DNA from: Chitinophagaceae bacterium
Lineage (GTDB): Bacteria; Bacteroidota; Bacteroidia; Chitinophagales; Chitinophagaceae
Assembly: GCA_019455085.1 (NCBI GenBank)
Contig: JACFNA010000002.1
Span: forward strand, 1 to 53,267
DNA: 53,267 bases
Direction: 5' to 3'
Part shown: positions 1 through 10,946 of the stretch, piece after piece
How the letters are laid out: every line of letters begins with the position of its first letter
Numbering within the stretch: position 1 is the first letter of the stretch
Made by a program: the position numbers and the translations under genes
The notes under the pieces: generated by a model
Databases searched by the model: none
Seen by the model: the letters and a program-made list of their open reading frames with translations, nothing else
Told to the model about the DNA's origin: nothing

Positions 1-1601
1 ATCAGTGCAAGCCCCATAGAATTCACCTCAGGCACTGCAAAAGTGAGCCCTGCTTCTTTTCCACTCACTTTGAGCGCACGTGCGATCCCGGCCGCAGCCA
101 GCAGAATCTCTTTGCTCATCATCCCTGTTCCTGAAACAATCAGCGGCTTTTTGCACGACAGAAGTGCTTTGGCTACATCGTTCGCATACGCATCTGTGTT
201 ATCGTTTCCGCCCTGGCTTCCCGCAATTGCCGCAATGATTTTATCAGACACTGCGAGCAGATGATTTGTATCCCCGGTAAATGTGCGGGTTGCAATCTCA
301 TCGAGCTTTGTACTGCACGGAGTAGCTGTATAAAACGGCCCTGTCCTGTCTTGCACTACTTCACGGATAGCCGCATCATTCCACTTTTGTATTTTCAGCT
401 TATAGGCTTCTTCGCGTGGCTGATTCTTTGCTGCCTGGCGCAAAGCCAGGGCAATCATGGGTGCTGTATTGGTCACATCCTCTCCCAACACCAGCACTGC
501 ATCATAGGTTTCTATTTCGCTCAGCGAAGGTGTCTTCACACCCACCGTGCGAAGCAGATTGAAAGCTGTCTCTGCCAGTTGGGCTTCGTGTTGGGGAATA
601 CCCTGATAGAAGTTTTCTTCTCCCACCAGTTGCTTCAGCATAAAATTAGATTCAAGGGAAGCGCGTGGAGAGCCAATCCCTATCATGCGTGGTTTGCCAC
701 CTACCAGATTCTTCACTGTGGTAAAGGCATCTGTATCGGAAGTGGCTTTCTGGGCCACCTTCGTCAGGCGCTTATCATCATTTACATATTCATATCCAAA
801 GCGCCCGCGATCGCACAGGAAGTATCCATTCACATCTCCATTGTATCGTGAAAGAATTCTGCGTAGCCCGCCATATCTTTCGGATGCCAATGTATTACAC
901 CCTACCGAACATTGGTGGCAGATCGATGGCGCACTTGTGAGGTCCCACTTGCGGGTGTAATGTTTCCTGAGTGTCTTGTCGGTAAACACCCCTGTCGGAC
1001 AAATCTCCACCAGGTTGCCACTGAACTCATTCTCCAGAGTGCCACTTTCGCTTCTTCCGAAATATACCCTGCCGCTCGAGGCAAATACCCCAAAATCCTT
1101 TCCTCCCGCATAATCATTATAGAATCTCACACAGCGATAGCACTGTATGCAACGATTCATTTCATGATAGACAAATGGCCCCAGATCCTGGTTTACATGT
1201 GTCCGTTTGTTAAATCTGTAACGTCTGTAATTATGGCCACTCATCACCGTCATATCCTGCAAATGACACTCTCCTCCTTCGTCACACACCGGACAATCGT
1301 GAGGGTGATTGAGCATCAGCGACTCGATATTGCCCGCTCTGAAATCTTTTCCTTTCTGGTCCTGCAACGAAATACGTGTACCGTTCACCGCATCTACCAT
1401 ACACGACATCACAATCTTGCCTCTTGTATCATTCTCATCGCGATATTGTATCACTGCACACTGACGGCAGGCGCCTACAGAATGCATAGCCGGATGCCAG
1501 CAAAAATAGGTCAGGTCCATGCCCAGCGAGAGACACACTTCCAGCATGTTTTTCCCGTCAGGCACTTCGTATTCGACATTATCAATTATAACTTTAGCCA
1601 T
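1..1601 (-). CDS. nuoG: NADH-quinone oxidoreductase subunit G (5' part; runs off the left edge of the window)
   Basis: Not in the ORF track because it is truncated. Manual translation from ATG 1601 gives MAKVIIDNVEYEVPDGKNMLEVCLSLGMDLTYFCWHPAMHSVGACRQCAV..., and later TRKWDLTSAPSICHQCSVGCN...GYFLCDRGRFGYE. Lies directly downstream of nuoF. Confidence 0.95.
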   Translation of the reverse strand, partial: MAKVIIDNVEYEVPDGKNMLEVCLSLGMDLTYFCWHPAMHSVGACRQCAVIQYRDENDTRGKIVMSCMVDAVNGTRISLQDQKGKDFRAGNIESLMLNHPHDCPVCDEGGECHLQDMTVMSGHNYRRYRFNKRTHVNQDLGPFVYHEMNRCIQCYRCVRFYNDYAGGKDFGVFASSGRVYFGRSESGTLENEFSGNLVEICPTGVFTDKTLRKHYTRKWDLTSAPSICHQCSVGCNTLASERYGGLRRILSRYNGDVNGYFLCDRGRFGYEYVNDDKRLTKVAQKATSDTDAFTTVKNLVGGKPRMIGIGSPRASLESNFMLKQLVGEENFYQGIPQHEAQLAETAFNLLRTVGVKTPSLSEIETYDAVLVLGEDVTNTAPMIALALRQAAKNQPREEAYKLKIQKWNDAAIREVVQDRTGPFYTATPCSTKLDEIATRTFTGDTNHLLAVSDKIIAAIAGSQGGNDNTDAYANDVAKALLSCKKPLIVSGTGMMSKEILLAAAGIARALKVSGKEAGLTFAVPEVNSMGLAL

Positions 1602-1621
1602 AATCTTTTTATTTGTTCTCT

Positions 1622-2902
1622 TTAATGCCGGTGATATTTACAACTGTGGTTGTGAATATGTTCATCAAAGTCTTCTCTGAAATACTTCAATGCGCTTTGC
1701 AGCGGCTCCATCGCGCCCGGTGCCAATGCACAAAAAGTATTTCCCGGAGCATTATAATGAGTCTGGAATGTAAGATGATCGATATCTTCCGGTTTCCCTC
1801 TCCCTTCTTCCAATGCCAGCAAAATCTTCGCAGTCCACGGCAGCCCTTCGCGGCAAGGCGTACACCATCCGCATGATTCCTGTGCAAAAAACTGCTCCAG
1901 GTTAAGACACATTCCAATAGGGCATGTCTTATCATCGAGCACGATGATGGTTCCTGTTCCCATACGACTACCGGCTTTGCCCACTTCTTCAAAATCCATC
2001 TTGATGTTCATGTGATCCGGTGTGAGGAAGTCGGTAGAAGCCCCCCCGGGCAATAAGCCTCTGAGCTTATACCCATCGAGCATCCCTCCTGCATGTTCTT
2101 CTATGATTTCGCCAAGGGTGGTTCCCAGTGGAAGTTCCCATATAGCAGGATTCTTCACCCGGCCGCTCGCACCGTAAAGTTTGGTGCCCCCTCCTCCTTC
2201 TGATTTGCTGATGGAGATATACCACTGCGCACCTTTGGCCAGAATATGTGGCACATTGCAATAGGTCTCTACGTTATTCACAATTGTAGGCTTACCAAAC
2301 AATCCACTCACTTGTGGAAACGGAGGTTTGTTTCTCGGGTTAGCCCGTTTCCCTTCGAGCGCATTGAGCAATGCCGTTTCCTCACCACATATATACCTGC
2401 CCACACTGGTGTGCAGATCCATTTCAAGCGCAAAGCCACTTCCTAATATATTCTTTCCGAGATATCCGGCCTTGTAAGCCTCATCAAGTGCTAATAATAC
2501 CCTATTGGCCGCTTCGTGATAAGCCCATCTGAGGAAGATATAACTCATACTGGCACCGATAGCATAGGCGCTGATGATCATCCCTTCAATCAACTGATGC
2601 GGATTTCTTTCTATCAACAGCCGATCCTTGAAAGTTCCGGGTTCCATCTCATCGCCATTGGCTACCAGATACTTTGGCTGGGGGACATCATCTCCCATCG
2701 GCACAAAACTCCATTTCAGGCCGGTAGGAAAACCCGCTCCTCCTCTTCCCCGCAGTTTTGAATCCTTCACCACACCCATCACTTCAGCAGGTGTCATCTT
2801 AAGCGCTGCCCTCAGTCCCTGATAACCGCCTACTGCTTCATACTCCTTCAGGGTGAGCGCTGTACCGTCTTTCTTAATATGTTCTGTTAATGGTCTTTCC
2901 AT
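1622..2902 (-). CDS. nuoF: NADH-quinone oxidoreductase subunit F
   Basis: LRGRGGAGFPTG, DEMEPGTFKDR, YICGEETAL and the 4Fe-4S motif ESCGWCTPCREG...C. Confidence 0.97.
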   Translation of the reverse strand: MERPLTEHIKKDGTALTLKEYEAVGGYQGLRAALKMTPAEVMGVVKDSKLRGRGGAGFPTGLKWSFVPMGDDVPQPKYLVANGDEMEPGTFKDRLLIERNPHQLIEGMIISAYAIGASMSYIFLRWAYHEAANRVLLALDEAYKAGYLGKNILGSGFALEMDLHTSVGRYICGEETALLNALEGKRANPRNKPPFPQVSGLFGKPTIVNNVETYCNVPHILAKGAQWYISISKSEGGGGTKLYGASGRVKNPAIWELPLGTTLGEIIEEHAGGMLDGYKLRGLLPGGASTDFLTPDHMNIKMDFEEVGKAGSRMGTGTIIVLDDKTCPIGMCLNLEQFFAQESCGWCTPCREGLPWTAKILLALEEGRGKPEDIDHLTFQTHYNAPGNTFCALAPGAMEPLQSALKYFREDFDEHIHNHSCKYHRH

Positions 2903-2908
2903 TTCTAT

Positions 2909-3400
2909 TTATTCATATTTAGCCAATATTTCATCCAGAATTTCCGGAGTGAGGTCTTCGTATAAGTCTTCGTCCACAATCATGGATGGCGCATGGTCAC
3001 AATTTCCCAGGCACGGTATAGGCAGAAAAGTGAAACGATCGTCTTTGGTGGTCATCCCAAAATCTATCTGCAACTTCTCTTTCAGCGCATTGCGAATGGC
3101 TTCATAACCCATAATCCAGCAGCTCACGCTGTTACAAAGGAAAATCACATGCCTCCCTACAGGTTTTCTAAAGATGATATTGTAAAATGTAGCAATACTG
3201 TCTATTTCGTGCGGCGTCATTTCCAGAATAGGACCCAGTTCCACCAATGCCTGGTCTGATACCCAGCGATTATGTTTCTGTACAATCTTCAGCGCATCGA
3301 TACATGCCGCCTGCTTCCTGGGCAGGTGATGAAACAGCGCTTCTATCTCTTTTCTTGCTTCGTCTGATATTACTTGTTCTGTTGCCATTCCAAAATTCAT
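2909..3400 (-). CDS. nuoE: NADH-quinone oxidoreductase subunit E (start may be ATG 3388)
   Basis: 2Fe-2S ligands CNSVSC and CLGNCDHAP; ATFY motif; operon position. Confidence 0.95.
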   Translation of the reverse strand: MNFGMATEQVISDEARKEIEALFHHLPRKQAACIDALKIVQKHNRWVSDQALVELGPILEMTPHEIDSIATFYNIIFRKPVGRHVIFLCNSVSCWIMGYEAIRNALKEKLQIDFGMTTKDDRFTFLPIPCLGNCDHAPSMIVDEDLYEDLTPEILDEILAKYE

Positions 3401-3403
3401 TTT

Positions 3404-5155
3404 TTATCGGTCAAGGTCTGATAACACAAAATCCACACTACCCAGTATTGCCATCAGGTCGGCAATGGTATATCCCTTACTGTAGTAAGGAACAAACTGG
3501 ATATGAGGAAAGCTCGGAGTCCGGATTCTGGTACGGTACGACATCGTACTGCCATCACTCACCAGATAATACCCGTTGTGTCCCTTGCTGGACTCTACTC
3601 CGCAATAAGACTCATTGGGTGGTAATACCGGTCCCCATGATACATTCACAAAGTGATTGATCAGGGTTTCAATATCGTACATCGTATATTTCTTATCCGG
3701 TGGTGTAGTCAGCGGGTGGTGCGATTTATACGGCCCTTCGGGCATGTTATCCAAACACTGCTGAATGATGCGAAGACTCTGGCGAATCTCTTCGGATCTT
3801 AACACTGCGCGGTCGTAGCAATCACCGTTCACCGCCACCGGTACATCAAATTCAAACTGATCGAACCCTGAATAAGGCTGTTTCTTCCTGAAATCCCAGT
3901 CGAATCCTGTAGCACGTAATCCCGGGCCTGTAACTCCCCATTCTATCGCTTCCTCTGTATTATATACGCCGATCCCTTTGGTACGGGCTTTGAAAATCCG
4001 GTTTTTCATGATCATCTTGTCGTACTCCTTCAGCCTTCCGGGCATATAATCCAGAAACTCCTTCACAAGGCCTTGCCATCCATTAGGAAGGTCCTGGGCT
4101 ACCCCGCCGATACGGAACCAGTTAGGGTGCATACGGTCTCCACAGATGGCCTCAATAACAGTAAAGAGCCGCTCTCTGTCATAAAACATCAGGAATACAG
4201 GCGTCATCATTCCCAGGTCCTGGGCAAAAGTGCCGTACCAAACCAGATGACTTGAAATACGGAACAGCTCGCTCAGCATGATCCGGATTACTTTAGCCCT
4301 GTCGGGCACATCAATTCCTCCCATCTGCTCCACAGCCATTACATAGGGGAAGTTGTTCATCACACCGCTGAGATATTCCACCCGGTCGGTGTAGGGTATA
4401 TAAGTATGCCACGACTGGCGTTCTCCCATCTTTTCGGCGCCGCGGTGGTGAAATCCGATATCCGGTACGATATTCACAATAGACTCTCCGTCCATCTGCA
4501 AAATCAGGCGCAGAATTCCGTGAGTGCCGGGGTGCTGAGGCCCCAGGTTGAGGAACATAAAATCTTCATTATCTTTTCCTTCGGAAGACAATCCCCACTC
4601 CTCAGGTTTAAACTGTAATAAATCCTGCTCTGCAAGCATTCGCTCCTCAGGCATCTTAAACTGCCCCATCTCCGTAGCCCTGGCAGGATGTGCTTTTTGC
4701 AGCGGATGGCCCTGCCAGTATTGTGGCATCAGAATTCTACGAAGGCACGGATGGCCTTCGAAGTGGATACCAAACATATCATACACCTCCCTCTCGTACC
4801 AATTGGCATTAGCCCACACTGTAGATGCAGTGGGTACTGAAGGCTTTTCTTCAGGACAAGCCACTTTAAGTCTTAGGAACTGATTTCTTGAGAAAGACAG
4901 CAGATGATAGAAAACAGTAAACCTGCTTTCAGGCTGTGCGCCCCTGTTTTGGCGCGCCTGTTCGTCGATGGCGCTCAGATCATACAGAAACTTGAACTGA
5001 AGGCCGGGAGCTGTTTTCAAAAATCCCAATACCGGAATGATGTAATCCTTACTTATCCAGTAAGTTGGAAAAACATCCCTGGTCTGCTGTACATATACTA
5101 CAGCTTCCGGAAATTTGGCTCTGATCTCCTGTTCTATATCTACGAGGTCTTCCAT
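3404..5155 (-). CDS. nuoCD: Fused NADH-quinone oxidoreductase subunit C/D
   Basis: NuoC motif [20 protein letters not shown] followed in the same ORF by NuoD motifs [18 protein letters not shown] and the C-terminal SDLDR. Confidence 0.96.
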   Translation of the reverse strand: MEDLVDIEQEIRAKFPEAVVYVQQTRDVFPTYWISKDYIIPVLGFLKTAPGLQFKFLYDLSAIDEQARQNRGAQPESRFTVFYHLLSFSRNQFLRLKVACPEEKPSVPTASTVWANANWYEREVYDMFGIHFEGHPCLRRILMPQYWQGHPLQKAHPARATEMGQFKMPEERMLAEQDLLQFKPEEWGLSSEGKDNEDFMFLNLGPQHPGTHGILRLILQMDGESIVNIVPDIGFHHRGAEKMGERQSWHTYIPYTDRVEYLSGVMNNFPYVMAVEQMGGIDVPDRAKVIRIMLSELFRISSHLVWYGTFAQDLGMMTPVFLMFYDRERLFTVIEAICGDRMHPNWFRIGGVAQDLPNGWQGLVKEFLDYMPGRLKEYDKMIMKNRIFKARTKGIGVYNTEEAIEWGVTGPGLRATGFDWDFRKKQPYSGFDQFEFDVPVAVNGDCYDRAVLRSEEIRQSLRIIQQCLDNMPEGPYKSHHPLTTPPDKKYTMYDIETLINHFVNVSWGPVLPPNESYCGVESSKGHNGYYLVSDGSTMSYRTRIRTPSFPHIQFVPYYSKGYTIADLMAILGSVDFVLSDLDR

Positions 5156-5193
5156 ATATACGTTCTATTCAACTAATGTTTGACTAAAAATAA

Positions 5194-5829
5194 TCAGACT
5201 TCGTCCGGAGGCCGGATTTCTGTCATCTTTTGCCTTTCGGGCCGTTTGAGCTCACGCATTGCCGGCATTTGAGGCTTGATAATTCCCTGGGGCCCGATTG
5301 TCCAGCTCAGCGGGCGTTTTTCCTGCCCCACCTTATCGCGCAGCATCACGATTCCTTCCAGGAAGGCGTCCGGACGCGGCGGGCATCCCGGTACATACAC
5401 ATCTACCGGCATAAACTTATCAACTCCCTGTACCACACTATAGATATCGTACATTCCACCGGACGAGGCACAGGCTCCCATAGCAATAATCCACCTGGGC
5501 GCCATCATCTGCTCGTATAAATTGCGAATAATAGGCGCCATCTTAATAAATACCGTACCGGCCACAATCATCATATCGGCCTCTCTTGGTGTACCGCGAA
5601 TTACTTCGGCACCAAACCGCGAAACGTCGTATTTACTGGTAATACTGGTGGCCATCTCAACATAACAACAGGAAAGCCCGAAGTTAAAAGGCCAGATAGA
5701 GTTTTTTCTTCCCCAGCTTACCATAGAATCCATAGTCGTAAGCACTACAGATTGCTTTACGGCTTCCTCCATCGAGAAAGTGCCATCTATCTTTTGTTGA
5801 TCATCCGCACGGGTAGTCCACCATTTCAT
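5194..5829 (-). CDS. nuoB: NADH-quinone oxidoreductase subunit B
   Basis: [19 protein letters not shown] and [12 protein letters not shown]. Confidence 0.97.
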   Translation of the reverse strand: MKWWTTRADDQQKIDGTFSMEEAVKQSVVLTTMDSMVSWGRKNSIWPFNFGLSCCYVEMATSITSKYDVSRFGAEVIRGTPREADMMIVAGTVFIKMAPIIRNLYEQMMAPRWIIAMGACASSGGMYDIYSVVQGVDKFMPVDVYVPGCPPRPDAFLEGIVMLRDKVGQEKRPLSWTIGPQGIIKPQMPAMRELKRPERQKMTEIRPPDEV

Positions 5830-5840
5830 TTCTTCAGAAT

Positions 5841-6296
5841 TTAATTTTCAACTTTTGAATCAGCTACCACTTCAGGATTGCTCCTGAACTTTTCATGATA
5901 ACTCTTTAATATCTTTTTACCTGACGGGCCAAAATCGAGCGCCCCCATCCTCCATTCATATATTAATACAGCCACCAACAGCCCTATAAATATGGAAATG
6001 GCTATATATCCGGCCCACCCCAGTGCCTTGGCGTGAATAGCCCAGGCAACCACAAACACTACTTCGAGGTCAAATATTACGAAAAGCATTGCCAGAATGT
6101 AAAAATGAACCGGAAAACGGAACCGGGCATCCCCGGTGACCTTGATACCCGACTCATAGGGCCTGTCTGTTACGGTTTCTTTATGCCTCTCACCCAAAAA
6201 ATGGGAGGCCGTCAACATGATGGTTACTAACAAAACCACACCTCCTGCATAAACTAAGAGTGGCCATAATGATGAGAGGGACTCTGTTTCCTGCAT
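5841..6296 (-). CDS. nuoA: NADH-quinone oxidoreductase subunit A
   Basis: [19 protein letters not shown] and YEWRMGALD; three TM helices. ATG 6296 is preferred over the ORF-track start at 6332. Confidence 0.93.
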   Translation of the reverse strand: MQETESLSSLWPLLVYAGGVVLLVTIMLTASHFLGERHKETVTDRPYESGIKVTGDARFRFPVHFYILAMLFVIFDLEVVFVVAWAIHAKALGWAGYIAISIFIGLLVAVLIYEWRMGALDFGPSGKKILKSYHEKFRSNPEVVADSKVEN

Positions 6297-6726
6297 AGTA
6301 TTTAGAAGATTTTTAATAGGTCTGGCCAGCACTAAAGAATACGCAACGGTGCACCCTGTTATAGAAAACTCCCATAAAACCAGTCTTTTGGCAAAAATCC
6401 GGGGACAACAACAGGAGTTTTAAGTAACCGGGAGATTAGGTTAGACGAATTCTTTTAACCGAATCTGGGTTTATTTCTTAATCGGCGACTAAATTAAGTA
6501 ATAAAGAAGGAGAAAAATCAGATAGAGAAAAAAAATATTACTGAATACGTAACTGAAAAATGCTGTAAATCATTACCCTAAATGGTTTGCCGAACTTTTT
6601 CGCAATTTTTATCTCAGGATTTTTGCTGATAATAATGCGGGTTCTACTTTTTCAAACACGCTTTCTTTCGGAATCTACCAAAAACACAGTGTTGGCGCGG
6701 GTTTTATCAAAAAACAGCAAAACAAA

Positions 6727-6735
6727 TGTGGATAA
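6727..6735. promoter_or_regulatory. Single perfect DnaA box (TGTGGATAA) in the divergent nuoA / esterase intergenic region
   Basis: Exact match to the reverse complement of TTATCCACA. An isolated copy could be chance. Confidence 0.35.
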
Positions 6736-6811
6736 CTTTCGTTAATTTATTTTAGAAACCGGAACGGTTTTTGCCTATTATAGGCAAGACTTTTATTACT
6801 TAGAAAAACCA

Positions 6812-8158
6812 ATGTCTATGAAAAAATCAAGTTGCTTCGCAGCTCTCTTTGGGCTGTGCCTTTTTTTAATTGCAAAAACACCTGCTTACTCTCAAACCTT
6901 TACGGCCAAACCATCTGTTTCCATTAATGCAAATACCGGTGGCTTCTATGAATACCTGCCGGTTAACTACCTAAGCAGCCAAACAAAGTATCCGCTGATC
7001 ATTTTCATCCACGGATTGGGCGAACTGGGAGATGGTACATCTGGCCAATTGTCAAAAGTGCTGGCAAATGGTACACCTAAACAGATGAATAACAGAACCT
7101 TTCCGGCTACTTTTCAGGTAAACGGTAATACCTACAGCTTCCTGGCTATCATTCCCCAGTTCAAGAAATGGCCTGCACCGGCTGAAATCAACAGTATTAT
7201 TGACTATGCGATCCAGAACTACCGTGTGGATACCGACAGAATTTATCTTACCGGCTTAAGTATGGGTGGTGGTGTAGTATGGGATTATGTAGGGGCAAAC
7301 AAAACCTATGCAGACCGGATTGCCGCGATCCTTCCTATTTGTGGCGCCTCGAGCCCGACAACTGTTAAATGCGAAAACATCGCGCAGGCGAATATTGCTG
7401 TATGGGCCACACACAATAGCGGCGACGGCACCGTATCGGTGAATAATACCAACGGATATGTCAACGGAATCAACTCGCTGCCTGATGCCCCTAACCCACT
7501 GGCAAAGAAATCAATCTTCAGCAGCAATTCTCACGACGCCTGGTCAAAGACCTATGACCTGAATTATAAAGAAGACGGGCTGAATGCGTATGAATGGATG
7601 CTTACTTTTCAGAGAAATCATTTCGGTACGCTGCCTGATGAAAACCTCTCTCTCATAGTAAGAAAGTCTTCATACCACTCTGTACTGGAATGGACATACA
7701 CCGGCGATGAAACATATAGTGGTTTCTACATCGAAAGAAGTAAGGATGGAAAGAGTTTCGACTCCATCGGGTATGTCAGCACTGCCTCGGGTACGCTTAA
7801 GAGTTTCAAGTTTGAAGACGTGACCCCCTACGAAGGAAGAAACTATTACAGGGTCAAAGGGCTGAAAAACAATGGAAGGTTCCTATACAGCAAAGTGAAG
7901 AATATCATACTGCAAACAGGGGTAACGTTTAAACTGTATCCTAACCCTGTTGCCGAAGTATTCAACATTAATACTACCTATGAAATGAATGGTGTGCAAC
8001 TCGTTGTGACAGACATGGCCGGCAGGCGGGTGATGGAAAAAACCATTTCCGGGTCCGGTAATTTCGCTATTCCCATTCAGCTTCCCAAGGGTATATACTC
8101 AGCCGCAATCGTGGAAAAAGGAGATATGATTTACCGGCAGTCATTTGTGAAACAATAA
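6812..8158 (+). CDS. Secreted alpha/beta-hydrolase (esterase/PHB depolymerase-like) with T9SS C-terminal sorting domain
   Basis: Signal peptide, FIHGLGE, nucleophile elbow TGLSMGG, candidate Asp (GDGTV) and His (SHDAW). An Ig-like module (ERSKDG...NYYRVK) is followed by a YPNP...G.Y T9SS CTD. Confidence 0.8.
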   Translation: MSMKKSSCFAALFGLCLFLIAKTPAYSQTFTAKPSVSINANTGGFYEYLPVNYLSSQTKYPLIIFIHGLGELGDGTSGQLSKVLANGTPKQMNNRTFPATFQVNGNTYSFLAIIPQFKKWPAPAEINSIIDYAIQNYRVDTDRIYLTGLSMGGGVVWDYVGANKTYADRIAAILPICGASSPTTVKCENIAQANIAVWATHNSGDGTVSVNNTNGYVNGINSLPDAPNPLAKKSIFSSNSHDAWSKTYDLNYKEDGLNAYEWMLTFQRNHFGTLPDENLSLIVRKSSYHSVLEWTYTGDETYSGFYIERSKDGKSFDSIGYVSTASGTLKSFKFEDVTPYEGRNYYRVKGLKNNGRFLYSKVKNIILQTGVTFKLYPNPVAEVFNINTTYEMNGVQLVVTDMAGRRVMEKTISGSGNFAIPIQLPKGIYSAAIVEKGDMIYRQSFVKQ

Positions 8159-8271
8159 AAGCCCGGGCGTAACAAACTACAATAAAAGATTTGTTACAAA
8201 TTCCGGCATACTTGCTTTGAGCGTTGGGAGATACTTAGTTTTGTGCTATCGTCTTCCAACGCTCATTTTTT

Positions 8272-8940
8272 ATGATAAAGTCAACTTCTCGTTTATCCAT
8301 TCTGTTTATATTCTCAGGCGTCTTCATTCTCTCTTCCTGCAAGAAAGAATCAATAAAAGGTACAGGCGCTATCATCACCCAAACCAGGGAGGTATCCAAC
8401 TTCTATAATGTTTCTGCCTATGACCATATAGAGGCAACTGTCGGGTTTGGCACCCAGTTCAGGGTAGAAATAAAGGGATATGAAAACATGCTGCCTCACC
8501 TCAACACAAAGGTGGAAAATGGCACGCTGATCATCCGTTTTGATTCTAAGGTAAATGTGCAGGACGATGTGGTGGAAGTACAGATTACAATGCCTTCACT
8601 AAAGGCGGTTACAGCTGTGGACGATGGTAAAATCATTATAAAAAATGCTTTCCCCAATATGGATAACCTTACCGCATCATCCTTCGATAAAGGCTCGGTG
8701 GAAGTGATGGATGGCTCAGCCAGGCTTATTAAGGGAATCCTCTCCGGCACGGGGAAAATCTCAGCTTTTGGCCTGTTTACTGAAAAGGCCCAGTTAGAGA
8801 TAAACGGGGGAGGACAGATAGAAGTAAGTGTAAGAGATAACCTGAATGTTACGATTGACGGCAGTGGGATAGTGTATTACAAAGGAAATCCGGAATTATA
8901 TACGCAGATAACAGGTACCGGACAGGTCATCAAAAAATAG
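8272..8940 (+). CDS. Lipoprotein with GIN/DUF2807 (auto-transporter adhesin head-like) beta-solenoid domain
   Basis: Lipobox LSSC, ENMLPHLNTKVENGTLII, G-S-G repeats, YYKGNP and the C-terminal TGTGQVIKK. Confidence 0.8.
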   Translation: MIKSTSRLSILFIFSGVFILSSCKKESIKGTGAIITQTREVSNFYNVSAYDHIEATVGFGTQFRVEIKGYENMLPHLNTKVENGTLIIRFDSKVNVQDDVVEVQITMPSLKAVTAVDDGKIIIKNAFPNMDNLTASSFDKGSVEVMDGSARLIKGILSGTGKISAFGLFTEKAQLEINGGGQIEVSVRDNLNVTIDGSGIVYYKGNPELYTQITGTGQVIKK

Positions 8941-8990
8941 AATCCTGCCCTGATTATCTATTCCTCAAAAAGTCTGGATATTTGCCGGAC

Positions 8991-9980
8991 ATGGATAACA
9001 GTAATTTTATAGATTATATTAAAGTGTTCTGCCGTAGCGGAAATGGAGGTAGTGGCAGCAGACACTTCATGCGCAATAAATTTACTGCGCTTGGTGGGCC
9101 CGATGGAGGAAATGGCGGAAAGGGGGCCAGCATCATCCTCCGTGGAAACAAAAACTTATGGACGCTGCTCTCTTTGAGATATTATAAGAATATCCTTGCG
9201 GAAAATGGAGGGCCGGGGGGAGACAATAACAAAACCGGCAAAGATGGTAAAGACATCATCATAGAAGTACCTCTGGGTACCATTGCTACAAGAGAAGATA
9301 CTGAGGAAACGGTGGAAATCCTCCACGAAGGAGAAGAAAAGGTATTGCTCCGGGGAGGCAGGGGCGGACTTGGAAATTCAAATTTCGCCACCCCCACCAA
9401 TCAGGCGCCCACACACGCCCAGCCGGGAGAATCAGGAGAGGAGACAATTGTAAATTTTGAGCTGAAAGTACTCGCAGATGTAGGGCTGGTAGGTTTCCCC
9501 AACGCAGGAAAATCTACGTTACTCTCTGTGGTCACTGCGGCAAAACCCAAAATTGCCGACTACGCCTTTACTACGATTAACCCCCAGTTGGGAATAGTAA
9601 AATACAGAGATGATAAGAGCTTTTGCATAGCTGACCTTCCGGGAATAATTGAAGGCGCCGCCGAAGGAAAGGGTATGGGGCATCGCTTTCTCAGGCATAT
9701 CGAACGCAACGCCGTCTTGTTGTTCCTGATTCCGGCAGACAGTGCCGACCATGCCAGAGAGTTTGAAGTGCTGAAAAATGAACTGGAGGCCTACAACCCG
9801 GAAATGATGGATAAAAAATTTATCATCGCAATCAGCAAGTCTGATATGCTGGACGATGAACTTAAGACTGCAATCCGCAACGAATTACCTCCGGATATCC
9901 CCCATGTGTTTATTTCCTCTGTCACCGGTAAGGGGTTAACCAAACTTAAAGACATCCTCTGGGATGCACTGAATTCTTAA
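8991..9980 (+). CDS. obgE: GTPase ObgE/CgtA
   Basis: Gly-rich Obg fold (GGPDGGNGG), DVGLVGFPNAGKST, YAFTT and DLPGIIEGA. ATG 8991 is preferred. Confidence 0.97.
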   Translation: MDNSNFIDYIKVFCRSGNGGSGSRHFMRNKFTALGGPDGGNGGKGASIILRGNKNLWTLLSLRYYKNILAENGGPGGDNNKTGKDGKDIIIEVPLGTIATREDTEETVEILHEGEEKVLLRGGRGGLGNSNFATPTNQAPTHAQPGESGEETIVNFELKVLADVGLVGFPNAGKSTLLSVVTAAKPKIADYAFTTINPQLGIVKYRDDKSFCIADLPGIIEGAAEGKGMGHRFLRHIERNAVLLFLIPADSADHAREFEVLKNELEAYNPEMMDKKFIIAISKSDMLDDELKTAIRNELPPDIPHVFISSVTGKGLTKLKDILWDALNS

Positions 9981-10016
9981 AATGATTTTCTCTGTATATT
10001 TCCTGAAAATTAACTG

Positions 10017-10919
10017 ATGAGACGAAAGCTGCTTTTCTTTGTGAACCCCATCTCCGGAGGACGCAGCAAGGCCAGGCTCCTGGAAAACATTGCAGCCCGA
10101 TGCAGAAAAGAGAATGCCGCCTTTGAAATACTGGAAACAAATAAAGAAGGAAACTACGATTTTCTGCCTGATAAAATAAAAAATGAACAGGTTACCGACG
10201 TAATCATTTGTGGTGGGGATGGCTCCATCCGCTCCATTGTTTCCTTTCTGTTAGCCACACACGTAAATGTAGGCATCATCCCACTGGGAAGTGGTAACGG
10301 GCTGGCGCGTACCGCACTCATTCCCTACTCCATTCCCAAAGCGCTGAACACCATCTTTTATGGTCAGGCTGCATTTGTAGATGCCTTTTATGTAAACGGC
10401 AAACTGGGATGCCAGATAACCGGGCTTGGTTTCGATGCATTTATTGCTGCCGAGTTTGCCAAGGAAAGAAAACGGGGGCTAAAGACATACACCAAACTAG
10501 CGATAAAACATTTCTTTCGGACCAAACCCTATGACTTCACGGTAGAATGGGGCGACGAGCACCTTCATCTGAAAGCGTTTATCCTTTGCACTTCTAACGC
10601 CAACCAGTTTGGTAACAATATGAAGATCGCTCCCAAGGCCTTATTGAATGATGGAAAACTCGATGTGGTGGTTCTAAAGAAAACCTCCAAACTAAATATC
10701 CTCGTGTCGTTTGTAAACCATCTGCTGTTCGGGCAAAAGACGCCGGAAGGGCAGATTCAAAAGAATGCCGGCAACATCGCCTACTTCAATGTGTCTAAAA
10801 TAAAAATTATAAACCACCAGATGGCTCCCGTTCATATTGACGGAGACCCGTATCCTACCGAAAAAGAATTTATAATAGAAGTGCTCCCCAATGCTTTCAA
10901 ACTGATTCAGCCTTTATAA
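10017..10919 (+). CDS. Diacylglycerol/lipid kinase family protein (YegS/DAGK-like)
   Basis: FVNPISG, GGDGS, PLGSGNGLAR, GLGFDA and HIDGD motifs. Confidence 0.9.
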   Translation: MRRKLLFFVNPISGGRSKARLLENIAARCRKENAAFEILETNKEGNYDFLPDKIKNEQVTDVIICGGDGSIRSIVSFLLATHVNVGIIPLGSGNGLARTALIPYSIPKALNTIFYGQAAFVDAFYVNGKLGCQITGLGFDAFIAAEFAKERKRGLKTYTKLAIKHFFRTKPYDFTVEWGDEHLHLKAFILCTSNANQFGNNMKIAPKALLNDGKLDVVVLKKTSKLNILVSFVNHLLFGQKTPEGQIQKNAGNIAYFNVSKIKIINHQMAPVHIDGDPYPTEKEFIIEVLPNAFKLIQPL

Positions 10920-10946
10920 CCCCCTGTCCGGCTCCGGGCACTGCGC

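Noticed and set aside
43-1876. Plus-strand ORFs of up to 237 aa over the nuoG/nuoF region
   Set aside because: They are antisense shadows of nuoG and nuoF, which are clearly coded on the minus strand.
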